Shown here piece after piece: positions 9,608-19,115 of a DNA stretch of 64,000 nucleotides. The DNA comes from a virus. The DNA lies in the IMG/VR virus record IMGVR_UViG_3300045988_135716, positions 117,096 to 181,095 of that record, one strand, 5' to 3'. The position numbers and the translations under genes were made by a program. How positions within the stretch are numbered: the first letter of the stretch is position 1; each line of letters opens with the position of its first letter. Under the pieces are notes generated by a model. The model saw nothing but the letters and a program-made list of their open reading frames with translations. It made no database searches and was not told the DNA's origin.

Positions 9608-11857
9608 ATGAATGAAGATGATATTTTACAGTTTAATATAATTGTATTAAGCGAAACGTATTATTCAGACGAAACAACATGGGGATGTTTTAATTTCTCT
9701 ACAAAAGATGATATTCCATACTTTGTAGAAACATCTATATCATTTGATCCATTTAAAGAAAACCATTCAGATGAGAATGTAAAAGTAAGTAAGTTAGTAG
9801 GTAAAATGCAACATCTAGTTGTTGGTGGAGAATATATAGTTAAAGCGCAATATAAGCGTGACAAAAAATATGGTGATCAGTACACTCCGATTGCAATTTA
9901 TGCGGTTATTCCTCAAACGAGAGAAACACAATTACTATTTTTGAAATCAATGATTCCTATTACAATTGCAGAAAATCTTATAGACGCATATCCAAATGTC
10001 GTAAATGATGTTGCGAATGGGACTTTAAAGGATATTGATTATAGCTTAGTAAAAGGAGTAAGAGAATTAACATGGAATAGAATTAAAGAAAAAATTATTA
10101 ACAATTATTTAATTTCGGATATTATTGTGATGTTAAAACCCTTAGGCGTAACATATGCAATGATAAAAAAGCTATTATCAGAAGAGCCTAACCCTGTATT
10201 GTTAAAACAAGAAATTGAAAAAAATCCGTGGATATTAACAAAAATTAACGGGCTAGGGTTCAAACGTGTCGATGACTTAGCATTGAGATTACATCCAGAC
10301 AAAATTGATTCTATAGATAGATTAGTTGCCTTTGTAAAATATTATTTTATAGAACTTGGAGAAAGTAATGGTCATACATGGTGTTCTGAATCTATTTTAA
10401 AGTCTGCAATTAGCAATAATGTTCCTGAATGTGTAGATGAAATAGATTGGTTATTAACTAATGATGAATTTTTATATATTGATAATGAACGTGTAGGACT
10501 AAAATATTATCATGATATTGAATTAAAAATATTTGATATTATAAAAAGAAAAGCTGATACATTGACTTTTGATGTTCCCCAAGATGTAGTTGACAATGCA
10601 ATTAATCAAGCCGAAGAGGAGCAAGGTTTTCAGTATACAACTGAACAAAATTATGTAATCAGACAATCACTTCAAAGAAGTGTTAGCTTTATTACAGGGA
10701 AAGCAGGTACGGGAAAATCGTCAATTATGAGAGGAATTATAAAAGCATATCAATTGGCGAATAAAAATATAGCAGCATCCGCTTTATCAGCAATGGCTTC
10801 ACAACGAATTACAGAAGCAACAGATTTTCCTGCCGCTACAATCCATAGAACATTAGGATGTGTTGGATTGAATAAGTTTACATTTAATAAAGATAATCAT
10901 TTACTTACTAATGTGGCGTTCATGGATGAAGGAAGTATGGTTAATGCAAGTTTGTTTTTAAATTGGTTAGAAGCAATTGGTAACAATACTAAAATTGTAA
11001 TTTGCGGTGATCATAAACAGTTACCACCAATAGGATTTGGTAATATATTTTCAGATTTAATTGAAGTATTTGATAACTCAGTTGTAAGTAAATTAACAAA
11101 ACCGATGCGACAAGCTGAGAAATCTGGAATCCTTGTTGATGCTAATAAAATTCGTGAAAACATTAATCCTATTACAGAAACATTGCAACCTAGAATTATT
11201 CATGGAGAATTACATGATATGTATTATATGTTCCGTACAAATAGACAATCACTATTTAATATTGCAATTAAAACATTTTTGCAGTCAGTTAAAACGGATG
11301 GTATTGATAATGTAGTTATTGCAGTACCTCGGAAACAAGGATGTCTTAATAGTTCAAGAGAAATTAATAAAGTCATTCAGGAGAAATTATTAGGAGAAGA
11401 ACTGAAAAGCATTGATAGTTTTGAAGTAACATTTAAACTTGGGGCAAAAGTTATGCAAACAATAAATGATTATGATAAAAATGTTTTCAATGGAGAAATA
11501 GGTTATATAACAGATATTGGAGAAAGAGAAAATGAAAATAAGAAAAAAGAAGAATACTGTGTTGTAACATATAGAGACACTTTTGGAAAGGACAAACAAA
11601 TTGAATATGTAAAAAAAGAGCTTAATGCGCTAGATCTTGCATATGCTATGACAGTACATAAATTACAAGGAGCAGGTAGAAAAACGGTAATAGGTATTAT
11701 TGATAATACACATTATCAACTATTAGATAACTGTATGTTATATACGTTGATAACTAGGGCAAAAAAGCGTTGCTTATTACTTGCTGAACCACAAGCTTTT
11801 TTACAATGTATTAGGACAAGTCATAACAGGAGAAATACTTGGATGGCGTTAATGTAA
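9608..11857 (+). CDS. RecD2-like SF1 DNA helicase
   Basis: Contains Walker A ITGKAGTGKSS, Walker B FMDEGSMV, GDHKQLPPIG and AMTVHKLQGAGRKTV. Confidence 0.8.
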   Translation: MNEDDILQFNIIVLSETYYSDETTWGCFNFSTKDDIPYFVETSISFDPFKENHSDENVKVSKLVGKMQHLVVGGEYIVKAQYKRDKKYGDQYTPIAIYAVIPQTRETQLLFLKSMIPITIAENLIDAYPNVVNDVANGTLKDIDYSLVKGVRELTWNRIKEKIINNYLISDIIVMLKPLGVTYAMIKKLLSEEPNPVLLKQEIEKNPWILTKINGLGFKRVDDLALRLHPDKIDSIDRLVAFVKYYFIELGESNGHTWCSESILKSAISNNVPECVDEIDWLLTNDEFLYIDNERVGLKYYHDIELKIFDIIKRKADTLTFDVPQDVVDNAINQAEEEQGFQYTTEQNYVIRQSLQRSVSFITGKAGTGKSSIMRGIIKAYQLANKNIAASALSAMASQRITEATDFPAATIHRTLGCVGLNKFTFNKDNHLLTNVAFMDEGSMVNASLFLNWLEAIGNNTKIVICGDHKQLPPIGFGNIFSDLIEVFDNSVVSKLTKPMRQAEKSGILVDANKIRENINPITETLQPRIIHGELHDMYYMFRTNRQSLFNIAIKTFLQSVKTDGIDNVVIAVPRKQGCLNSSREINKVIQEKLLGEELKSIDSFEVTFKLGAKVMQTINDYDKNVFNGEIGYITDIGERENENKKKEEYCVVTYRDTFGKDKQIEYVKKELNALDLAYAMTVHKLQGAGRKTVIGIIDNTHYQLLDNCMLYTLITRAKKRCLLLAEPQAFLQCIRTSHNRRNTWMALM

Positions 11858-11889
11858 CTAAATGAAAGCAGAATTTCATTGCAAAAGCG

Positions 11890-11936
11890 ACACTATATAT
11901 AGTGTTTCGGATTGATAAAAATACCATATATAGCGT
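11890..11936 (+). promoter_or_regulatory. tandem NrdR boxes
   Basis: A perfect 16-bp palindrome ACACTATATATAGTGT lies at 11890-11905. A second box, ATACCATATATAGCGT (13/16 identical), lies at 11921-11936. The start-to-start spacing is 31 bp. Confidence 0.6.
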
Positions 11937-11958
11937 ACTAGAAAAGAGGTGAACAACT

Positions 11959-12348
11959 ATTATTCCAGAAAAATGTAATAAATGTGGTTGTGAAGAATTT
12001 TATACAAAAGAAAGTGGCACACAGACAGGACTTTATTGTAAGAAATGTAATAAATGGATGAAATGGTTAAGTAAGAAAGAAGTAACTGATTTCAATAAGT
12101 GCAACGTTGCTGATGTACAGATTGATACAAATGGTGACATTCACGGCAAATTAGTTTCTTCAATTGAAGATCGTTTATGGAGATTCGTAGAATTTCTTGA
12201 TAAGAAAATTAATGAAGAATTAGAAAGAGAACCATTGTCTCAATCTGATTCTATTGCAAAATGTTCATATTCACTTGCATTAGAAAGAGATAAAAATGCA
12301 CTAATTAATATTCTTAATGGTAGAGAATTTTATGATATAGGAGAGTAA
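11959..12348 (+). CDS. small zinc-ribbon protein (probable non-ATG start)
   Basis: The frame of listed ORF 12058..12348 is open back to an in-frame TGA at 11950. The upstream part encodes CNKCGC..(17)..CKKCNKW. The only start candidates are ATT at 11959 or 11962, 9-12 nt after GAGG. Confidence 0.45.
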   Translation: MIPEKCNKCGCEEFYTKESGTQTGLYCKKCNKWMKWLSKKEVTDFNKCNVADVQIDTNGDIHGKLVSSIEDRLWRFVEFLDKKINEELEREPLSQSDSIAKCSYSLALERDKNALINILNGREFYDIGE

Positions 12349-12350
12349 AT

Positions 12351-12701
12351 ATGTTATATAAAATTGCAAGTATCAAACATAGCGGTACATGTGGCAAACG
12401 TGGTACTGAAAGAACAGATGGTAGATATCCTCTAAGAATTGGCAGAGTCGTAAAACTCAATATTGATGATATTGAAATTGGATACCCATTAGTGATTAGA
12501 TATGTAAAAGATTCTGATGGGATACCAATGAAGTTTAGTTTTTTGAAAACAAGTTATGTTACATCTGTTAATTGCGCAGGAAAAATCTCACGTAATTCAT
12601 TATTTGTAGTTGTGGAAACTGAAAATTCTATATTTGAATTTGAAAGAGTTGCGGATTTTTATACAGATTATGCAGAAGTAGAAACGGAAGAATATGAATA
12701 A
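12351..12701 (+). CDS. hypothetical protein
   Basis: 116-aa ATG ORF tightly packed in the early operon. Confidence 0.5.
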   Translation: MLYKIASIKHSGTCGKRGTERTDGRYPLRIGRVVKLNIDDIEIGYPLVIRYVKDSDGIPMKFSFLKTSYVTSVNCAGKISRNSLFVVVETENSIFEFERVADFYTDYAEVETEEYE

Positions 12702-12900
12702 AGAAGTAAAAGACTACATAATACGAGTAAAAGAAACTTTAATGAGTAAATATAATATGGATGCAGATAGCGCACGTTTTGATATTATATTTTCACATAT
12801 GTTTTCTTCATTAGTAAAACCTCCATATGAAGGCATACATAATGACGTAGAAGTTGTTGCGGATAAGATTTACAATGAGTGGATTGAAAGAAGAAGGTGA
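12694..12900 (+). CDS. hypothetical protein
   Basis: 68-aa ORF that overlaps the previous stop and ends at a TGA stop. Confidence 0.45.
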   Translation: MNKEVKDYIIRVKETLMSKYNMDADSARFDIIFSHMFSSLVKPPYEGIHNDVEVVADKIYNEWIERRR

Positions 12901-13007
12901 TTATACGAATTATTATATCTCAGATGTACATTTATTTCATGTATGATGAAGTATATGGATTATACACCTAGAACATTAGCAGAAATTATTGGAAAGGAAG
13001 ATATTAA

Positions 13008-13310
13008 ATGCCAGTAAGCAATGATAATTTTTATAAACCAGAAGAAGCTATACACGAATTGCAAGTACAAGAAACTATTCTTAAAACAGCAATTGATGTA
13101 CAAGTTGCATTGAGAATTTTAGTTGATAAAGAGATATTAACTCGTGAAGAAGTGCAGAAATATAGAGAAGAAGTAAGTAATAGTCCTAAATATAAAATCG
13201 TACTTGATGATATTAAAAGGCAAAAAGCAGGATTTCAAGCAGCAAAAGATAACCCTCAAGAATATTTAAGAGCGTTATTTAAAGCAAAAATGAATGGAGA
13301 TATTAAATAG
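13008..13310 (+). CDS. hypothetical protein
   Basis: 100-aa ORF preceded by GGAAGGAAG. Confidence 0.5.
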   Translation: MPVSNDNFYKPEEAIHELQVQETILKTAIDVQVALRILVDKEILTREEVQKYREEVSNSPKYKIVLDDIKRQKAGFQAAKDNPQEYLRALFKAKMNGDIK

Positions 13311-13322
13311 AAAGGCGATTAA

Positions 13323-13892
13323 ATGAAAGATATTTTAGGAAGAGAACTACAAGACGGTGATATATGTGTTGGAAAAGGCACTGGACGTAATGTAATTGGA
13401 ATGTCAATTTGTGTCTGGTATGGCAATTCAATGACTGATGAAGATGGATGTAAGCGTCATATGAGAGATGTATTTAAAGTTGTAAATCCATCAAGTGATG
13501 AACTTGAAATAGCAGATAAGATTAAAAATAAATTACGAGAACAAGAAGAAGAAAAGGAAAGGAAAAAGAACATTAAAACTATTCCATTAAAAGATTTAGT
13601 AATAGGTGGGATATATAAAGGAATTTATGGAGAATATTATTTATATTTAGGAAACAGAATAGTTTCTAATGAATATAGCGATGGGTTACTTGAAGAAAAA
13701 GGGAACTGTTTTATTTCTATATCGAAAGATAATACAGAACTAAGAAGAGAATTTAATGTATCAGATATTGAGGTTTTAAAAGGATGTAAAAAATTAGTAG
13801 AACATATAAAAACTGTAGAATTAAAAAAATTCCCAATAGTAATTGAGTCCTGTTCTCCGCTTGATTACAAAAGAAAACTTACAATAAGATGA
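13323..13892 (+). CDS. hypothetical protein
   Basis: 189-aa ORF preceded by AAAGG. Confidence 0.5.
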   Translation: MKDILGRELQDGDICVGKGTGRNVIGMSICVWYGNSMTDEDGCKRHMRDVFKVVNPSSDELEIADKIKNKLREQEEEKERKKNIKTIPLKDLVIGGIYKGIYGEYYLYLGNRIVSNEYSDGLLEEKGNCFISISKDNTELRREFNVSDIEVLKGCKKLVEHIKTVELKKFPIVIESCSPLDYKRKLTIR

Positions 13893-13904
13893 AAGAACTG
13901 TTTC

Positions 13905-14132
13905 ATGGAGATTAAAATGAGATATAAGAATAGAATACCAGAATTTACAAAAGAATTCGAAAAAGTATGGGTGAAGTATTATCCAGATTGGAGATTTAGT
14001 GAGTTGATGGACTTTCTACATTATATTGCACTTGAACAGAAACGAGATTCATTCTTTTCAGAAGAATCAGAGATGTTAAAGTATCTGAAAGAATATGCAA
14101 AGAAAAGTCCATATTATAAGGAGAATAAATGA
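13905..14132 (+). CDS. hypothetical protein
   Basis: 75-aa ORF. Its stop overlaps the next start as ATGA. Confidence 0.45.
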   Translation: MEIKMRYKNRIPEFTKEFEKVWVKYYPDWRFSELMDFLHYIALEQKRDSFFSEESEMLKYLKEYAKKSPYYKENK

Positions 14133-14365
14133 GTAAGAAGAATTATAAATATGTTCCTTGTGTGAAATATGGTGATAATAGCGGATGGATGGGAGATAAA
14201 TTCTCTACCATGCAAAAAGCATGGGATTATCTCATGGAACATAAAAAGAAGTATGATACAAGTAACGATGTTGTATTTATAGGCGTTATCAAATGCAAGA
14301 AAGATGAAAACCCATTTACACGAATTGTTGATATTGGAATAAGGAATTATAACGCATGGGAGTAG
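14129..14365 (+). CDS. hypothetical protein
   Basis: 78-aa ORF preceded by AAGGAG. Confidence 0.5.
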   Translation: MSKKNYKYVPCVKYGDNSGWMGDKFSTMQKAWDYLMEHKKKYDTSNDVVFIGVIKCKKDENPFTRIVDIGIRNYNAWE

Positions 14366-16305
14366 AAAGTAAATATAAACGTATTGAAAAGATGAAAAGT
14401 TTGATTGAAGAACTAAATAATGCTTCTATTGCATATTACACAAGTACACCAATTATGTCTGATTATGACTGGGATAAAAAATATGAAGAATTACAGATAT
14501 TAGAAAGTCAAGAAAATATCATCTTCCCAAACAGTCCTACTCAAAACGTTGGATATACTGTATCAGATAAATTGAATGATGTTAAGCTGGATCATTTAAT
14601 GTTATCGCTCGACAAAACAAAATCTCTTAATGATTTAAAACAATTTGCAGGAAATAAACAGTGTATTGTATCTGTGAAATGTGATTGTCTTAGTACGACA
14701 TTAAAGTATATTCATGGAGAATTAGTAAGTGCAGTTACTAGAGGTAATGGATATGAAGGTACAGATGTTCTCCAAAATGTATTGACAATCAAAAATATTC
14801 CAAAGAAAATTCCATACGATGATGAACTAATTATTGATGGGGAAACTATTATTGGATGGGACACATTCAATGAGATTAACTCAAAAATTAAACTACCTGA
14901 CGAAAAGTATAAACATCCACGAAATCTTGTATCTGGCTCATTACTTTTATTAGACAGTAAAGAAGCTGCACAAAGAAATATGCGATTCATTGCATGGCGT
15001 GTTATTAAAGGATTTGAACATAAATCTGTTTATGCAGATTTGCTAAATGCAGAAAAATGTGGATTTGAAAGAGTTCCAATGATTCCATATATAGGATGTG
15101 AAAATACCCAAACTGTATTAGATACAATTAAAGACGTTGCTGATGCAAACAATATCCCATATGACGGAGCGGTAATGACATATGATGATTACGCTTATGG
15201 AGAATCATTAGGTAAGACTGATAAATTCTTTAGACATTCTATTGCATATAAATATGAAGATCAGTTATATGAAACTGTACTAAAAGATATTGAATGGAAT
15301 ACTTCTAAGACAGGATTGATTAATCCAGTAGCAATATTTGAACCTATTGATTTAGATGGTGCAATTACAACCAGAGCTACATTACATAACATTTCTTATA
15401 TCAAAAAATTATCTCTTGGTATCGGTGACAGAATCAGAGTATATCGCTCAAATAAAGTTATTCCAAAAGTACATGATAGTATTGATAAATCAAATAATTT
15501 TACAATTCCAGATAAATGTCCTATTTGTGGTGGAGAAACTAAAATTGTAAAAGAAAATGATTCGGAAGTTCTTATGTGTATAAATAATGATTGTCAAGGT
15601 AAATTATTAGGCAAACTTGTTCATGCGGTAAGTAGAAATGCACTGAATATTGACGGATTATCAGAAGCTACACTTGAGAAATTTATTTCTCTTGGATGGT
15701 TAGATTCCATTAAGAGTATTTATCATCTATCCGATTATAAAGGGAAAATGTATGGTCTTGATGGATTTGGTAAAAAATCAGTAGATAAATTGTTAAAGTC
15801 TATTGAAAAGAGCAAAGAAACTACACTTGACAGATTTGTTTATAGTTTGTCAATTCCTATGATTGGTAAAAGTGCAAGTAAAGATGTTGCTGAATTTTTT
15901 GAATATGATTTGATAAAATTTTTGGGGAAAACATATTCTGTCAATTGTTTAGGCGATGTAGCTTACAAGAATTATAAAAAATATTGTAGAAATCATTATG
16001 AAGAAATTCTTGATTTGTCAAGTGAGTTTAATTTTAAAACACAAGATAAATCGCTAACAAACAAAACAAATATTCTTCAAGACAAAACATTTGTTATAAC
16101 AGGATCATTAGAGAAATACAGTAATAGAGATGAACTGAAATCTATTATTGAGTCAAATGGCGGTAAAGTATCTGGTTCTGTATCTGCTAAGACATTTGCG
16201 TTGATTAATAATGATATTGAATCTTCTTCCAGTAAGAACAAGAAAGCAAAATCATTGGGAGTGCAAATTATCAATGAAGAACAATTTATGCAACTATTAA
16301 ATTAA
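14356..16305 (+). CDS. ligA: NAD-dependent DNA ligase (LigA family) with divergent motif I
   Basis: Shows the LigA architecture: an adenylation region (SVKCDCLS..TRGNGYEGTDV), an OB fold, a Cys4 Zn finger (CPICGG..CINNDC), HhH repeats, and a C-terminal BRCT-like FVITGSL..GGKVSGSVS. Confidence 0.85.
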   Translation: MGVESKYKRIEKMKSLIEELNNASIAYYTSTPIMSDYDWDKKYEELQILESQENIIFPNSPTQNVGYTVSDKLNDVKLDHLMLSLDKTKSLNDLKQFAGNKQCIVSVKCDCLSTTLKYIHGELVSAVTRGNGYEGTDVLQNVLTIKNIPKKIPYDDELIIDGETIIGWDTFNEINSKIKLPDEKYKHPRNLVSGSLLLLDSKEAAQRNMRFIAWRVIKGFEHKSVYADLLNAEKCGFERVPMIPYIGCENTQTVLDTIKDVADANNIPYDGAVMTYDDYAYGESLGKTDKFFRHSIAYKYEDQLYETVLKDIEWNTSKTGLINPVAIFEPIDLDGAITTRATLHNISYIKKLSLGIGDRIRVYRSNKVIPKVHDSIDKSNNFTIPDKCPICGGETKIVKENDSEVLMCINNDCQGKLLGKLVHAVSRNALNIDGLSEATLEKFISLGWLDSIKSIYHLSDYKGKMYGLDGFGKKSVDKLLKSIEKSKETTLDRFVYSLSIPMIGKSASKDVAEFFEYDLIKFLGKTYSVNCLGDVAYKNYKKYCRNHYEEILDLSSEFNFKTQDKSLTNKTNILQDKTFVITGSLEKYSNRDELKSIIESNGGKVSGSVSAKTFALINNDIESSSSKNKKAKSLGVQIINEEQFMQLLN

Positions 16306-16332
16306 CATTATAATAGGAAAGGATTTTATAAA

Positions 16333-16575
16333 ATGAAGTGTAAAGTCAAATTAAACACAATCAATGACGCAGGGTTATTCGTAGCAAAATGTGGAGAATA
16401 TAAAGATGTAGATATCGACTACGTATATTCTAGGTATACGATTGATGCCAAATCTATTATGGGGATTCTAAGCACAAGTCTTAATAAAGAGTGTGTTGTA
16501 AATTTCTTATCGGATGATGAAAAATTATGTAATCAATTTAAAGAAGATATTAGATTATGGATCGTGGAGGAATAA
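16333..16575 (+). CDS. HPr/Crh-like small protein lacking the His15 site
   Basis: 80 aa. IDAKSIMGILSTSL matches the HPr Ser46 region (LKSIMGVMSLG). The N-terminal NDAGLFVAKC replaces GIHARPA. Confidence 0.55.
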   Translation: MKCKVKLNTINDAGLFVAKCGEYKDVDIDYVYSRYTIDAKSIMGILSTSLNKECVVNFLSDDEKLCNQFKEDIRLWIVEE

Positions 16576-16578
16576 AGA

Positions 16579-17253
16579 ATGGGAACAATTACAATTTTAC
16601 CAGAAACAACTAAAACACCAATTACACTTATTGGTAATAGAGCAGGTATTTGTTGGGGAGCAGATGTGACAAACGCTGAAAAAAACTATAAACGTGGTGT
16701 TGACTGTATTAAATCTGGTCATGGACGTACATTTGAATTTCCTGATGTTCATATGGTTATTGATGGATTTAGTGCAAGAGTAATGAGAGAATACGAAAGA
16801 CATGTAGGTGGATTATCCCCTTGGTTACAAGCGTCTACAAGATATATCAATTACAATGACTTTGATATTATCGTTCCTAAATCTATTAAATCAAATGGAG
16901 ATGCAACAATTACATATAATCAAGCTGTGAAAAACATTAGAAAAGCATTGTCAGAATTAAATGAGTTAGGTATTCCAAGAGAAGATCTTGCGAATTTACT
17001 TCCATTAGGAATGACAACTAAAATTGTTGAAAAAAGAAATCTTCGTAATCTCATTGATATGAGCCATGTAAGAAAATGTACAAGAGCATATTGGGAATTT
17101 AGAGAATTATTTTCCACTATTGAAAATGCTTTAAGAGAATATTCAGATGAATGGGCGTGGATTGTTGATAATATGTTTAAACCCAAATGTGAATTAACTG
17201 GATATTGTGATGAGACTAAATCTTGCGGTCGTAAGCCAAGAAAGGAAGCGTGA
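16579..17253 (+). CDS. thyX: flavin-dependent thymidylate synthase ThyX (divergent signature)
   Basis: Contains REYERHVGGLSPWLQASTRY, resembling the RHRxxSxxxxSxRY signature, and a downstream NLRNLIDMSHVRKCTRAYWEFRELF. Confidence 0.7.
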   Translation: MGTITILPETTKTPITLIGNRAGICWGADVTNAEKNYKRGVDCIKSGHGRTFEFPDVHMVIDGFSARVMREYERHVGGLSPWLQASTRYINYNDFDIIVPKSIKSNGDATITYNQAVKNIRKALSELNELGIPREDLANLLPLGMTTKIVEKRNLRNLIDMSHVRKCTRAYWEFRELFSTIENALREYSDEWAWIVDNMFKPKCELTGYCDETKSCGRKPRKEA

Positions 17254-17831
17254 TTATTATACATACAGTATATTGTGTATTAGGAAGAACAGGATCAGGC
17301 AAATCAACTGTGACAAAAGAAGTAGCAAAGCAATTGAATATGAATACCTTGCGCTCATATTCAACTAGACAATATCTACGACAAGGTGAAACAAAAGAAA
17401 ATTCAGACCATATATTAATTTCACCAGATGAAATAGAGAAATATCGTAATGATATGATCGCCTATACTGATAGAGTAGGATATTGCAATTTCGCAACAAA
17501 ACAACAACTCTTAGATAATGACTTCTACATTATTAATCCCACAGGATATGACGAATTAAAACTTAAAACCAAAGATATGGATATTGAATTAGTAACCATT
17601 ATGGTGAATATTCCATATAATGATTTGCGCCAAAGAGCAAGAAAACGTGGAGATTATGATGCTTGGCAAGCCAACTACATCAAAGAAAGTGAAGAATTTT
17701 CCAATTTTGAGAAATCCAATCTTATTGATTACTTTGTATTGAATGATAGAAGTCTGGAAGAATCTGTTGCGAAAATGGTACGTGTAATCAATAAGGACAG
17801 AGCAAAACGAGGTATCACAAATGAGAAATGA
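17250..17831 (+). CDS. P-loop nucleotide (dNMP/guanylate-like) kinase
   Basis: P-loop GRTGSGKST. The start overlaps the thyX stop as GTGA. Confidence 0.5.
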   Translation: MIIIHTVYCVLGRTGSGKSTVTKEVAKQLNMNTLRSYSTRQYLRQGETKENSDHILISPDEIEKYRNDMIAYTDRVGYCNFATKQQLLDNDFYIINPTGYDELKLKTKDMDIELVTIMVNIPYNDLRQRARKRGDYDAWQANYIKESEEFSNFEKSNLIDYFVLNDRSLEESVAKMVRVINKDRAKRGITNEK

Positions 17832-18411
17832 TATTAAAACACTATATGTTGATTTTGATGGAACGTTAGTCGCCACCATAGATGCGATTGTTGATTTATA
17901 TAATGAAGATTTTCAATACTACAAGAAATTCCATTATGTAAATTGGTGGGCTGTTGATACTTGGGGATTTGAAGAATGCAATTGTGCGCCACCTGGATAT
18001 ATTGATTTGTATTTCAATCAACCACGATTCTTTGCGAATTTGCATTTTATGCCTTGGGCTGAACGTGCAATTAATGAACTATCTGAATATTATTCTATTA
18101 AAATTGTGTCACATGGATATTCACCTAATCTTAAACAAAAAGATGAATGGATTAAGAAAAGATTTCCAGATGTAAAATTTATTGGTGTAAATCTCAAAGA
18201 ACATTCCGACAAATCGCATATTGATATGAGTGATGGGCTATTCATTGATGATAGTGCAAGAAATCTTGTGACTTCCAATGCAAAAGAAACGATTTGTTTT
18301 GGTAGAACATATAGCTGGAATAAAGATTGGGCAGGTAAAAGATTACAGAATTGGGCTGAAATTAGACAATATCTGCTTGGAGTTGGGAAAGAGGTGACTT
18401 TGGAGAAGTGA
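17821..18411 (+). CDS. HAD-family 5'(3')-deoxyribonucleotidase-like protein
   Basis: Contains the motif DFDGTL near the N-terminus and a later FIDDS motif. Its size is typical of NT5C-like enzymes. Confidence 0.6.
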   Translation: MRNDIKTLYVDFDGTLVATIDAIVDLYNEDFQYYKKFHYVNWWAVDTWGFEECNCAPPGYIDLYFNQPRFFANLHFMPWAERAINELSEYYSIKIVSHGYSPNLKQKDEWIKKRFPDVKFIGVNLKEHSDKSHIDMSDGLFIDDSARNLVTSNAKETICFGRTYSWNKDWAGKRLQNWAEIRQYLLGVGKEVTLEK

Positions 18412-18605
18412 TTATTAGTAGCGGAGAGCTAGTACGGGAGTTAAAACGCATTGGGGATAATTTTATTACTGTTGAAGTTGGGAATAGAGAATATGTAATT
18501 GATATGATTTCACATAAACCAAATTGTGCTGACTCATTATGCACACATCTTGTTTTGAAATGTAAAGATGGTGGCAACGGTGAAATCAAAAGAATTTGTT
18601 CATAA
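18408..18605 (+). CDS. hypothetical protein
   Basis: 65-aa ORF with a GTGA overlap on the upstream stop. Confidence 0.4.
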   Translation: MIISSGELVRELKRIGDNFITVEVGNREYVIDMISHKPNCADSLCTHLVLKCKDGGNGEIKRICS

Positions 18606-18804
18606 GAGTGGAGATATTGGCTGATAGGTTACATCTTGTAGATAAAGATAATGTGCTAAGTATAAATCTGATATTACTATTTTCAGAAAAACATTCTAAT
18701 TATGACTATTAACAAATTATATAAATATCTCCACTACGGATATTATAACACAGAAAAAGAGAAAATAAATATATACGAAAAAAATAGTAAAGGAAGATAA
18801 GAAA

Positions 18805-18945
18805 ATGACCGAAAACGAAAAGAAACTACTTGTGGAACTTATTTGCAATGAACAAACCCATATGATTATCAAAGATCATACCAGATATGATACTGATAAA
18901 TATAAAGAATTAGAAGCACTTAAAATTAAGATTAAAGATATGTGA
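18805..18945 (+). CDS. small hypothetical protein (46 aa)
   Basis: ATG 8 nt after AAAGGAAG. It falls below the ORF-track size cut-off. Confidence 0.35.
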   Translation: MTENEKKLLVELICNEQTHMIIKDHTRYDTDKYKELEALKIKIKDM

Positions 18946-18959
18946 GAGGGGTGGTTATT

Positions 18960-19115
18960 ATGAATGTAGTTATTGTCGGAGTTGGAGCTTTTATCATTGC
19001 GTGTTTGCTTGTAATTGCGTATATGTGCTTGTGTTTGGCAGTTTCAACGAAAGATAGAGAGAAGATTGAGAAGAAAATATTTAATAAGAGATTTGATAAA
19101 GGAGATAGTGAATGA
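18960..19115 (+). CDS. small membrane protein (51 aa)
   Basis: ATG follows GAGGGGTGG. It encodes a hydrophobic stretch, VVIVGVGAFIIACLLVIAYMCLCLAV. Its stop overlaps the nrdD ATG. Confidence 0.4.
   Translation: MNVVIVGVGAFIIACLLVIAYMCLCLAVSTKDREKIEKKIFNKRFDKGDSE

Noticed and set aside
12898-13016. TGA might be recoded as a sense codon. ORFs continue in frame past TGA at 12898 and 13890, and there is an internal TGA at 23322.
   Set aside because: Several early genes end in TGA with classic ATGA or GTGA stop-start overlaps (14129, 17250, 18408), and dut and the endolysin also stop at TGA. TGA therefore behaves as a normal stop.
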